From NCBI GenBank assembly GCA_964647665.1, contig CAZYIX010000002.1, positions 120,722-184,721 on the forward strand: DNA of 64,000 bases, read 5' to 3'. Made by a program: the position numbers and the translations under genes. The stretch comes from an uncultured Candidatus Poseidoniales archaeon. GTDB lineage: Archaea; Thermoplasmatota; Poseidoniia; Poseidoniales; Thalassarchaeaceae. How positions within the stretch are numbered: position 1 is the stretch's first letter; the number at the start of each line of letters is the position of its first letter. Positions 10,347 through 19,037 of this stretch are shown piece by piece. The notes beneath the pieces were generated by a model, which worked only from the letters and a program-made list of their open reading frames with translations, had not been told where the DNA came from and did no database searches.

Positions 10347-11459
10347 ATGCCGCTAGTCGAGGACGCCATGGATGAGTCAACTCCATGGCTCACTGCTCAA
10401 CTACAACAACGGTTTACTCATCGAAATGGAGTGATTGCTGATTCAAGAGCAGGAAATGAGTTGACCTGGTTGGTCGCACTTCCAACATTCGAGGGTTGGT
10501 TCACCTCCCTTGAAGAAATCCTCACCATGACGCTAGGTAGGAGGCTTGCGCATGCTGCGGCTGAATCAGAGGAGTGGTATTGGCGACTTACTGAAAATGA
10601 GTTGCCTGAACCTTGGTTCAAAAAACAACAGAAGCGAATGTCGGTCATCAATGCGGATTGGGCTTTACGCGGGCATGGACAGATGCAATTTCTCAATACA
10701 ACTGATTCCACCGATTCTGTGTTGGTTGCCCACCGCTCCCATACATCTCTTGCAGCTGGTATGGCCAACGCAGCCTGGGAGCGTATCGAAGATAAGCGAA
10801 CAAGATTCCAATGGTCTGACAGAGGTGCTTCCGAAACCATCATCGAAGCCGAATACGATGCAAGAAACATCCCTGCTCCTACACCGACAAGCCCAAGTTG
10901 GCAAGAAGTGGAAACATCCGCTGCAAGAAATGTTGACGCGGCCCATCCAATGGAGTTGGCTCGCCATGAGGCTGATGGGCTATGGACTGTCGAGGGTATA
11001 CGAATGATGACGCTCCACCGTGATGTGCTTCTACGATTTGAATCGCTGGCTATTCCACACCTATCCGAAAGCGCTAGGGATACCGACCCGAGGACCAGTT
11101 GGACTGGTTTTAACGACACTGATACAGCGGTGTTTTGGGATGCCATTGCTGAGGCAACTCGAAAGCAATTCCATTCTTCTGGTGAGTTGGTGCTAATTGC
11201 TGAGGCTGTGCATTGGCTACATGTTTCTGCAGCACATCTCGGCTCGGCCGGGCTAGGAGAAGTAGTAAACGCTGAGTCAGTCGATAACCTCGGTGGAGTT
11301 AATCTCGACATTCCCATGTGCCCTCACCCTGCCCTTGCTGCCGGCATATTGCTAGGCTGCTGGGAGCGTTCAGAGGGTAGGCAAGGCAGATGCGAGTGGA
11401 GTTGCGGACCTGCAGGTCACATATTCGCCCTACGCAGTCGCCGTGAGGTCGCTGAATGA
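10347..11459 (+). CDS. Hypothetical protein with tandem V4R/XylR-N-like domains
   Basis: Internal duplication: RGHGQ..SLAAGMANAAWERIE and AGLGE..ALAAGILLGCWERSE. Start uncertain (10278/10347/10368). Confidence 0.6.
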   Translation: MPLVEDAMDESTPWLTAQLQQRFTHRNGVIADSRAGNELTWLVALPTFEGWFTSLEEILTMTLGRRLAHAAAESEEWYWRLTENELPEPWFKKQQKRMSVINADWALRGHGQMQFLNTTDSTDSVLVAHRSHTSLAAGMANAAWERIEDKRTRFQWSDRGASETIIEAEYDARNIPAPTPTSPSWQEVETSAARNVDAAHPMELARHEADGLWTVEGIRMMTLHRDVLLRFESLAIPHLSESARDTDPRTSWTGFNDTDTAVFWDAIAEATRKQFHSSGELVLIAEAVHWLHVSAAHLGSAGLGEVVNAESVDNLGGVNLDIPMCPHPALAAGILLGCWERSEGRQGRCEWSCGPAGHIFALRSRREVAE

Positions 11460-11613
11460 ACCGTTGAAACAAAGTAGTTTATTGAAACGATTTGTAGCAT
11501 AAAACGTGCTACTGAGCGTGATATTAACTCGCACGCCTCTGCTGAACCATTAAAGGTGAAGCGTTAGGTCGCCGAAAAGTCTCAGGTGCTATACGCCCGC
11601 GGAGTTGAAATTA

Positions 11614-14600
11614 ATGGGTCTAAATCACAACCAATGGGCTGTCGTCGCAATCGCTGCCACGATATGCTTGGCAGGAGTGTACACAGTCATCGCATCTGCC
11701 GGTGACACACTGAGTAGCGCTGGATACAAGGCAGGCGGAGATGATGTCCTGCCAGACCCTGATGAAACCCAGAAAGAGGCACAGGACTCAGATGGCGATG
11801 GTATTTCTGACCGAATGGAAAGAACTCAGTACGGTACTGACCCCCATCTGGAAGATACTGATGGAGATGGATTGACCGATGGGTGGGAAATCATGAATGG
11901 TCTCGATCCTCTCGATGACGGTGATGCCGACTTTGGTGAAATTATCAACAGCCAGAATCCGAATCAAGACGATGTCAACCCGGGAGAACAGAATGAAACA
12001 TTTCCCGACCCGGATAACGGCCCGCTCGGCGACCCTGATCGTGATGGCCTAGTTAACGAAGCTGAGGCCGCCCTGGGAACTAATCCGAATCTAGCGGACT
12101 CTGATGGAGATGGCCTAAACGACCGCTGGGAGGCTGAGCACATGGCAACCGTTGTCGGTGCTGATGGGCAGGCATTCACCCTGATTGACCCGTTATCCGG
12201 TAACTGGGATTGCTCTCTACTCACTCCCGAAAAGGAGGCTGAGGTTGAATTGGCTCTAGGAGAGGATGAATGGAATCGGCTTGCAGACCCCTACAACCGC
12301 CACTCTTGTGATGCTGTGCTCGACGTCGATACTGCTGGCGCCGACACCCTTCCAAACTACATCGAGGAAAGATTCGGTACCGACCCATGGTCCGATGATA
12401 GCGACAATGACCTGATAGGAGATGAGATCGAAGTGTCCTTTGGCCCGCTGTTGCTGACGAACCACTGTGGAGTCACCCAAATCAATCCGCCAACTCTACC
12501 CGCTCCATTCACTCACATTCTCGATGGCCCGGACGACTACAGTTGGTTTGTTGAGGATATGGATGGCGATGGCCGCTTGAATGGCCCAAGCGACTGGGAT
12601 ACCGATGGAGACGGTATGCCCGATGGATTCGAGTACTGCTTCGATGCCATTCTTGATGCTGCAAATGCTTCAGATGCATTTGGTGATGATGATGAAGACG
12701 GACTCAGCAACGCTGAGGAATATCAGGTAGCCTACACATGGGGGCCAGCAAATTTCACCAGCCCAACCAATCCAGATACCGATGGTGACGGAATGCCCGA
12801 TGGTTGGGAAGCAACCAACGGCTTGCACCCTGTAGATGGAAGTAACGGTGATTTAGACCCCGACCTCGATGGATTCGACAAAGATGGGGATGGCAAGGTC
12901 CGCATGTCCGAACTCACTGGCTTCGCGCGGGTTCACGCTATCTCGGTAGAAGTAATGGATTGGGTTGAGGCTAACCAAACCGTCGCATGGGCTCAGGTTA
13001 CAGTTGCTGGCGGCAACCGCGAGAATGTCCCCCTACATGCGCCTGTCAGCGGATATATTTACGACATCCCGGCACTGGACCTACTCAATGGTCCGTCTAG
13101 CGACAACGAAGTCACCAGCCGTACCTACGTCTGGATGGTTATTGTTGAGACCGATGAGATGTTCACCAATCTGATGGAATACAACGCCCGCGATACCGAT
13201 GGCGATGGAACTGCGGACGGGCGTTCTACCGACCCACTGAATCCCGACACTGATGGCGATGGTCTGAAAGATGGAATCGAGGTCATGGGTTGGGAGATTC
13301 TCGTGGTTAATCGTGGTGTTCGCACCATACTCGTCACTAGTGACCCCGGTCTATACGACACCGATGAGGACGGACTGAACGACAGTCGCGAATACTATCT
13401 TACTTACACAAACGCTTCCAACCCAGATACAGATGGAGACGGCCTTGAGGATTATACCGAAGCTGTTGATGGATTCATCTGGGATGGTCAACCCTACCAA
13501 ACCAATGCTAGCATGTTCGATACGGACAATGACGGCTTGGAAGATGGTGAGGAAGTCGTCTTGGGACTAGACCAGTATGTGACACACGCCAATAACTCGG
13601 ATACAGACAATGATACTCTATTGGATGGTCATGAGGTACTCTATATCCCGCGTCCATGGCAAAACCCGACCAACCCCTTGGTTAACGATACCGATGGAGA
13701 TGGCATGCTAGACGGATGGGAAATGCAGGTGGAATCAACGCAGGCAAATACCAAGACTCATTCTCTATGGATTTCAACCACCAATTGGATGGCACCTGGT
13801 TGTGAAGACCCGCAGCAGTGTACCAAGGCACCGGGAGGTTGGCTGTGGCGCAACAGCATCAGAGGATTCATCGGTGGAGAAGGTGATGCGGATGGCGATG
13901 GCACTGCCGACCCGAGGTATTTCATGCACGAAATGAATCTAACAGGATTTACACTACCAAGCAATGGTGGGCGCTGGGCCCTAGACCCCTCACTAGGAAG
14001 CGCTCCTGACGCATCGTATGACATTGATAATGACACTCTGACAAATGCCATGGAAGCACCAGACCGCTGGGACACAAACCCTGTTGATGATGATACAGAT
14101 CAAGACCGGTTGCCCGATGGCTGGGAAGTGTATTGGTCTGATGTTGCCCTATCACTAGGTATGATTTCAAACGGCACATTGGAGACACATGGTGCCCGAG
14201 GACCGATGGACCCGAGTATGATTGACAGTGACCTCGATGGCATCCCTGATGGCGAAGAGGATTTCGATAATGATGGCCTGAATAGAACCAGTCAACTCAA
14301 CAAGTATTGCCCATCGTACAATGACCCACAATCATACAATTGCCACATTGACCCGGAGACACCTGAAGGTTCTATATTCTACAGCGATCTAGAAAACTAC
14401 ACCAACTACGAGGAATTCTTAAACGGCACGTCTCCAGTATTGAACGATACTGATGGAGATAGCATGAATGATGGCCCTGAAGTTTACCACATGGACCACG
14501 ATTCAGATGGAATGTGGACTGGCTGGGAGTACTACTTCGACTTCGATCCTTTCGATGCCGCAGATGCGTTGATTGACTCAGATGGTGATAGTTACATCAA

Positions 14601-14688
14601 TCGCTGTGAAAACGAATGGAATACCAACCCCAAGGACTCCTCTTCCTTCCCGGGTCAGGGACAACACTGTGACCAGTTTGCTGGCTAA
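11614..14688 (+). CDS. Membrane-anchored surface protein with many Ca-binding DxDxDG (TSP3-like) repeats
   Basis: N-terminal TM and >20 motifs of type DTDGDGLxDGWE..GxDP; very acidic. Confidence 0.88.
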   Translation: MGLNHNQWAVVAIAATICLAGVYTVIASAGDTLSSAGYKAGGDDVLPDPDETQKEAQDSDGDGISDRMERTQYGTDPHLEDTDGDGLTDGWEIMNGLDPLDDGDADFGEIINSQNPNQDDVNPGEQNETFPDPDNGPLGDPDRDGLVNEAEAALGTNPNLADSDGDGLNDRWEAEHMATVVGADGQAFTLIDPLSGNWDCSLLTPEKEAEVELALGEDEWNRLADPYNRHSCDAVLDVDTAGADTLPNYIEERFGTDPWSDDSDNDLIGDEIEVSFGPLLLTNHCGVTQINPPTLPAPFTHILDGPDDYSWFVEDMDGDGRLNGPSDWDTDGDGMPDGFEYCFDAILDAANASDAFGDDDEDGLSNAEEYQVAYTWGPANFTSPTNPDTDGDGMPDGWEATNGLHPVDGSNGDLDPDLDGFDKDGDGKVRMSELTGFARVHAISVEVMDWVEANQTVAWAQVTVAGGNRENVPLHAPVSGYIYDIPALDLLNGPSSDNEVTSRTYVWMVIVETDEMFTNLMEYNARDTDGDGTADGRSTDPLNPDTDGDGLKDGIEVMGWEILVVNRGVRTILVTSDPGLYDTDEDGLNDSREYYLTYTNASNPDTDGDGLEDYTEAVDGFIWDGQPYQTNASMFDTDNDGLEDGEEVVLGLDQYVTHANNSDTDNDTLLDGHEVLYIPRPWQNPTNPLVNDTDGDGMLDGWEMQVESTQANTKTHSLWISTTNWMAPGCEDPQQCTKAPGGWLWRNSIRGFIGGEGDADGDGTADPRYFMHEMNLTGFTLPSNGGRWALDPSLGSAPDASYDIDNDTLTNAMEAPDRWDTNPVDDDTDQDRLPDGWEVYWSDVALSLGMISNGTLETHGARGPMDPSMIDSDLDGIPDGEEDFDNDGLNRTSQLNKYCPSYNDPQSYNCHIDPETPEGSIFYSDLENYTNYEEFLNGTSPVLNDTDGDSMNDGPEVYHMDHDSDGMWTGWEYYFDFDPFDAADALIDSDGDSYINRCENEWNTNPKDSSSFPGQGQHCDQFAG

Positions 14689-14799
14689 ATTGTGTCAGAC
14701 CGCGATTTCGCCCCGTTTTGACTATTCACTTGAAGAATCGCATGGCCGATGAAGCGGATTCCGACATACTTGAAAGCGGATGTAATGCGCCTTCATTAC

Positions 14800-16446
14800 A
14801 TGAAGGCGGAGCGATGTGTTTGGCTCGCACTTGGTTTGGCCACCATCATGGCCTTGTCAAATGCGGTCAATATCAACGGGGGGCAAGACCTCAGCCTCAT
14901 GCCTTTCTCCACTGATGGCGTCGATGATGCCCCGGTAATCTCCATCGATGTTGCACAAGGGCTGATTCTGTTGCAGTCGCTGAATGTCACCGGGTTCTAT
15001 ATCGATGAGAATGAGCCTACTACCATCGATTGGCAGATTCACGATGGAGAGGGTACCTTGCTTAGTGGGGACCTCACAGAATCGCTTTCTGGAGCGATGT
15101 CTACACAGTCTGCTTCGAGAATGAAGTGGCTATGGAGTATCGATGTCAACATTACAGCAATAATTCCATGTTCATGTATCCTTGAGCTGACCGCGACTGA
15201 TTCACAAAACCAGAAAACTGTCGAGTGGCTGATTATCTTTGGCGATAAACTCGATTTTAACCTTCGACCTCAGGTACTTGTGACTGCTCCACTTTGGACC
15301 GATCATGTCTCTGAGGATTTTGAGGTCCGGGGCTTTGCCCTAGATGATGAAATGGCTTCACCAACAGTACAGTGGTCTCTTACACAGGACGAAACGGTAT
15401 CTGTTGCCTGCATGCAATCTTGGATACAGGTTTCAGACGATGTGGATTGGCAGAACTCAACATACACCTATGCATCGGATGGTGGGTTCACTTTCAATTT
15501 GGATTCAATTAATTTCGATGATGGCGCACACATCCTTCTTGTCAGAGCGGTTGATTCTACAGGCTCAACATCTAGAGTAGCCTGCGTGCCTGTTGGCATT
15601 AACAATCAGCCCCCAGTAGCCGTTATTAGAGGACCAGAAACAATAGTCGAGGACAATATATTCATCGAATTTGATGGAAGCAGTTCTGAGGACCCAATGT
15701 GGGGTCGAGGCTCGCTGATATTCGTCTGGACACTTGAGAAGGTCGATGGTGGGCTGGACGACAGGGTAATCGATAGCGGATTAGACAAACGCACCTTCAT
15801 GATTAGAGCAGATGATTCAGGACATTGGCGTCTATCATTGACGGTTGCTGACCAAGGAGGACTGACCGATATCGCCGTTCACGAATTCAATGTCAGCAAT
15901 GTCGCACCTATCGCAGCGTTACGCATCGATGGGCAGTTGATGGAAGATGGAAGCGAAGTAAGGCTGTCTGATTCAAAGCAGTGGCAACTCGATGCTACTG
16001 AATCGACTGATACGGCAAATGATGTTGGAGTATTGACCTATACCTGGTATATCGATGGGGAGCCACAAATGCTGGGGCCACAGCGATTCCTTACAAGACC
16101 CGACGATCTGAGTATGCCACATACCCTTTCTCTTGCGGTCAGTGATGATGATGGAGAGACCGATTGGGTCACCATCTCTTTCGGTGTGGCTGACACACCC
16201 TCAGACCCTATGCGAGGGCAGGGGGCTAACAGTCAACTCAACTTCGCAATCCAACTCGCTCTAGCATCGCTATTCCTTACTGGAGCGGTGATGGCGGTAG
16301 TACTGGTGACTCGGCGTGGAAAGTCAGGTATTTCTATCCCGAAATGGAAGACAAGGAAGCATCGTAATGAAGAATCGGATAAAGTGAATATTGACCAGAC
16401 CATTGATGTTGTAGATGATGGCGAAGGCGAACTCAACGATGACTGA
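14800..16446 (+). CDS. Secreted Ig/PKD-domain protein with C-terminal TM anchor
   Basis: Signal peptide; PKD-like motifs NNQPPVAVIRGP..FDGSSSEDP..FVWT..LTVADQGG and NVAPIA..LDATESTD..YTWYIDG; C-terminal TM. Confidence 0.8.
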   Translation: MKAERCVWLALGLATIMALSNAVNINGGQDLSLMPFSTDGVDDAPVISIDVAQGLILLQSLNVTGFYIDENEPTTIDWQIHDGEGTLLSGDLTESLSGAMSTQSASRMKWLWSIDVNITAIIPCSCILELTATDSQNQKTVEWLIIFGDKLDFNLRPQVLVTAPLWTDHVSEDFEVRGFALDDEMASPTVQWSLTQDETVSVACMQSWIQVSDDVDWQNSTYTYASDGGFTFNLDSINFDDGAHILLVRAVDSTGSTSRVACVPVGINNQPPVAVIRGPETIVEDNIFIEFDGSSSEDPMWGRGSLIFVWTLEKVDGGLDDRVIDSGLDKRTFMIRADDSGHWRLSLTVADQGGLTDIAVHEFNVSNVAPIAALRIDGQLMEDGSEVRLSDSKQWQLDATESTDTANDVGVLTYTWYIDGEPQMLGPQRFLTRPDDLSMPHTLSLAVSDDDGETDWVTISFGVADTPSDPMRGQGANSQLNFAIQLALASLFLTGAVMAVVLVTRRGKSGISIPKWKTRKHRNEESDKVNIDQTIDVVDDGEGELNDD

Positions 16447-16511
16447 CCGGCTGCCGTAGGCGCCGTGTACATGCGAATGGCTCATGAAGGGCCGTCGGTT
16501 CGCATCCAAAC

Positions 16512-17840
16512 ATGTTCGGTGAGGAATCATCAACGCTAGGCGCAAGGCCATCAGGCATCACAGACGCTGAGCGTTCTCAGCGTCAGGCTGCATTCCTCGC
16601 TGAAATCGATACCGACAGTCTAGTATTGATTACCAACAATCCAACCGCTTCACGCAGCGCTGATGTCGACCACAGACACCGTGTAAACTCCTACCTTCTC
16701 TACCTCACTGGATGGACCGAACCCAATGGGGTAGTCGCATTCTACAACAACCAGAGTGAGTGGGTGTCTCGGCTCTACGTGATGCCCAGAGACATCCTGC
16801 GAGAAACTTGGGAAGGTCGCAGGCCGGGAGTTGAAGGAGCGTTGGCTGGCTGGCCAGTTGATGAGACGGTCAGCCGAGATGATATCGCCGAGGACCTAGC
16901 TGGTCTGTTGAGCAATTGTAACCGTGTCTATCACGTCAGTAGTCTCGACTCGGAAGTGGATAAGATAGTAGAAACAGCGTATGATGAGGACGAGTTGTGC
17001 GACCCTAGGCCAATCCTCGATGAAATGCGATTGCGCAAGAGTGAGGCTGAGATTGCATTGATGCAATACGCAGCCGAAATAGGTGCAATTGCTCACATCG
17101 AGGCTATGCGCAATTGCAAACCCTCGATGGGTGAATGGCAAATGCAAGCCATCCTAGAGGGTTGTTTCGTATATCACCAAAGTGAATGGGCCTACCCGAG
17201 CATAGTCGGCTCAGGCGACAATGCAACAATACTGCACTATGGTGAAAACTCCGACAAAATGAGCGATGGTGAAGTAGTGCTGATAGATGCAGGCTGTGAG
17301 GTAGATGGATATGCATGCGATATTACACGGTCATTCCCAGTCAATGGAAAATTCACAGATGATCAGCGCGCAATCTACGACCTTGTATTGAAATCGCAAC
17401 TTGCGGCAATTGATGCTGTGAAGGTCGGCGCACCTTACTCATCACCTCACCAAGCAGTATGTGAGGTCCTCGCTCAAGGTCTGATTAATCTTGGTATCCT
17501 CGAGGGGCCTCTGGAAGATGCGCTTGGCGAAGACGGAGTTCGTCAATTCTTCATGCATGGAACTGGACATTGGCTTGGTTTGGATGTTCATGATGTCGGA
17601 GGTACACGAATGTCCGATGATGAGGCCAAACTGGAATTTGAGCCGGGTATGGTTGTAACTATCGAGCCAGGTCTATACTTCGGGGCATGGCGAGATGACA
17701 TTACTATTGATGAGCGCTGGGGAGGAATCGGAATTCGCATTGAGGATGATGTACTGGTTACCGAAGATGGGCCGATTATTCTTACCGCCTCCTGCCCAAA
17801 ATCTGTTGAGGAAATCGAAGCACTAGTAGGATCTGCCTAG
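16512..17840 (+). CDS. pepP: Xaa-Pro aminopeptidase (M24B)
   Basis: RLRKSEAEI, LHY, LIDAGCE..YACDITR, HGTGHWLGLDVHD, TIEPGLY, GIRIEDDV. Confidence 0.95.
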   Translation: MFGEESSTLGARPSGITDAERSQRQAAFLAEIDTDSLVLITNNPTASRSADVDHRHRVNSYLLYLTGWTEPNGVVAFYNNQSEWVSRLYVMPRDILRETWEGRRPGVEGALAGWPVDETVSRDDIAEDLAGLLSNCNRVYHVSSLDSEVDKIVETAYDEDELCDPRPILDEMRLRKSEAEIALMQYAAEIGAIAHIEAMRNCKPSMGEWQMQAILEGCFVYHQSEWAYPSIVGSGDNATILHYGENSDKMSDGEVVLIDAGCEVDGYACDITRSFPVNGKFTDDQRAIYDLVLKSQLAAIDAVKVGAPYSSPHQAVCEVLAQGLINLGILEGPLEDALGEDGVRQFFMHGTGHWLGLDVHDVGGTRMSDDEAKLEFEPGMVVTIEPGLYFGAWRDDITIDERWGGIGIRIEDDVLVTEDGPIILTASCPKSVEEIEALVGSA

Positions 17841-17851
17841 GAGTTGAAAAC

Positions 17852-19030
17852 ATGAGTGATTGGAGAAATATTCTCAAGGACCAACGCCAACCTAATGCGG
17901 AGCGACTCAGTGTTGAGGATGCTACAACTCTGTATGAAGAAGCTGACTTGGCTGCACTGCGACAGGCTGCCCTTGAAAGGCGAAGACAAGTTGTCCCCGG
18001 TGGCTATGTGACCTACCTCATTGATAGGAATGTGAATTACACGAATGTATGCACCATCAACTGCCAATTCTGCTCGTTCTATCGACCCCCCGGCCATGCT
18101 GAAACATATACTCAGACCTACGAGGAAATTAGCCAACGATTCGCTGAGTTGGAGGCTGTGGATGGGGTCCGTGTTCTGATGCAGGGTGGAGTTAATCCTG
18201 ATCTGCAATTCGAATGGTATGAAGATTTGATTCGGTACCTTCGCAAGCAGCACCCAAGCATAGCACTAGATTGCTTCTCTCCAATTGAAATCGAGGGTAT
18301 CGCGGATGTCTGCGGACTTTCCACCCTGCAAGTGCTCTCTCGCCTCAAAGATGCTGGGATGCACGGATTACCTGGAGGTGGAGCTGAGATGTTGGTCGAT
18401 GATGTTCGCTTGGACATCTCGCCGAAGAAGGGCAGTGCCGAGAACTGGCTGAGGGTGATGCAGGAAGCCCAATCTATCGATTTGACCACCTCAGCAACCA
18501 ATGTAATTGGCTTCGGTGAGAGCGAGATGCATCGAGTCAAGCACATGGCTAGAATTCGAGATATGCAGGATGAGGCTCATGTCAAGGGCTGGCGCGGATT
18601 CACTTCATTTATCGCATGGCCAGTTCAACTAGAGAACAATGCCTTCGGCAGACGTAACCGCGGCAGAAATAGAATGGAGTTAGGTGTCGGCCCGACAGAG
18701 TATCTTCGCCACATTTCTATCTCGCGTCTATTCTTCGACAATATAGAACATATCCAAGCATCGTGGCCCACAATGGGGCTTGATGTAGCACAGATGGCTT
18801 TGTTCGGAGGTGCCGATGACGCTGGCTCAACTATGATGGAGGAGAACGTTGTATCGGCATCAGGTACTGAGAAAACCTGTGCATTAGAAGTCGAATTACA
18901 AGAGGCCATCATGCGTGCAGGATTCAGACCGGCGCGGCGCGACTCAGATTACAATCTGCTCGATACAGCAATCATCGTCACTGAGGCGAGCGAGTTGGCT
19001 GCACCCCCTGCAATCCAACCCACTTCTTGA
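17852..19030 (+). CDS. mqnC: Radical SAM CofH/MqnC family, probably cyclic dehypoxanthine futalosine synthase
   Basis: TYLIDRNVNYTNVCTINCQFCSF (CX3CX2C), LMQGG, PGGGAEML, IQASW, GSTMMEENVVSASG match the MqnC subfamily. Confidence 0.8.
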   Translation: MSDWRNILKDQRQPNAERLSVEDATTLYEEADLAALRQAALERRRQVVPGGYVTYLIDRNVNYTNVCTINCQFCSFYRPPGHAETYTQTYEEISQRFAELEAVDGVRVLMQGGVNPDLQFEWYEDLIRYLRKQHPSIALDCFSPIEIEGIADVCGLSTLQVLSRLKDAGMHGLPGGGAEMLVDDVRLDISPKKGSAENWLRVMQEAQSIDLTTSATNVIGFGESEMHRVKHMARIRDMQDEAHVKGWRGFTSFIAWPVQLENNAFGRRNRGRNRMELGVGPTEYLRHISISRLFFDNIEHIQASWPTMGLDVAQMALFGGADDAGSTMMEENVVSASGTEKTCALEVELQEAIMRAGFRPARRDSDYNLLDTAIIVTEASELAAPPAIQPTS

Positions 19031-19037
19031 GGCAGTT

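Noticed and set aside
10418..11317. 299-aa antisense ORF
   Set aside because: Fully antisense to a better-supported gene; Ser/Ala-rich shadow composition with no motifs.
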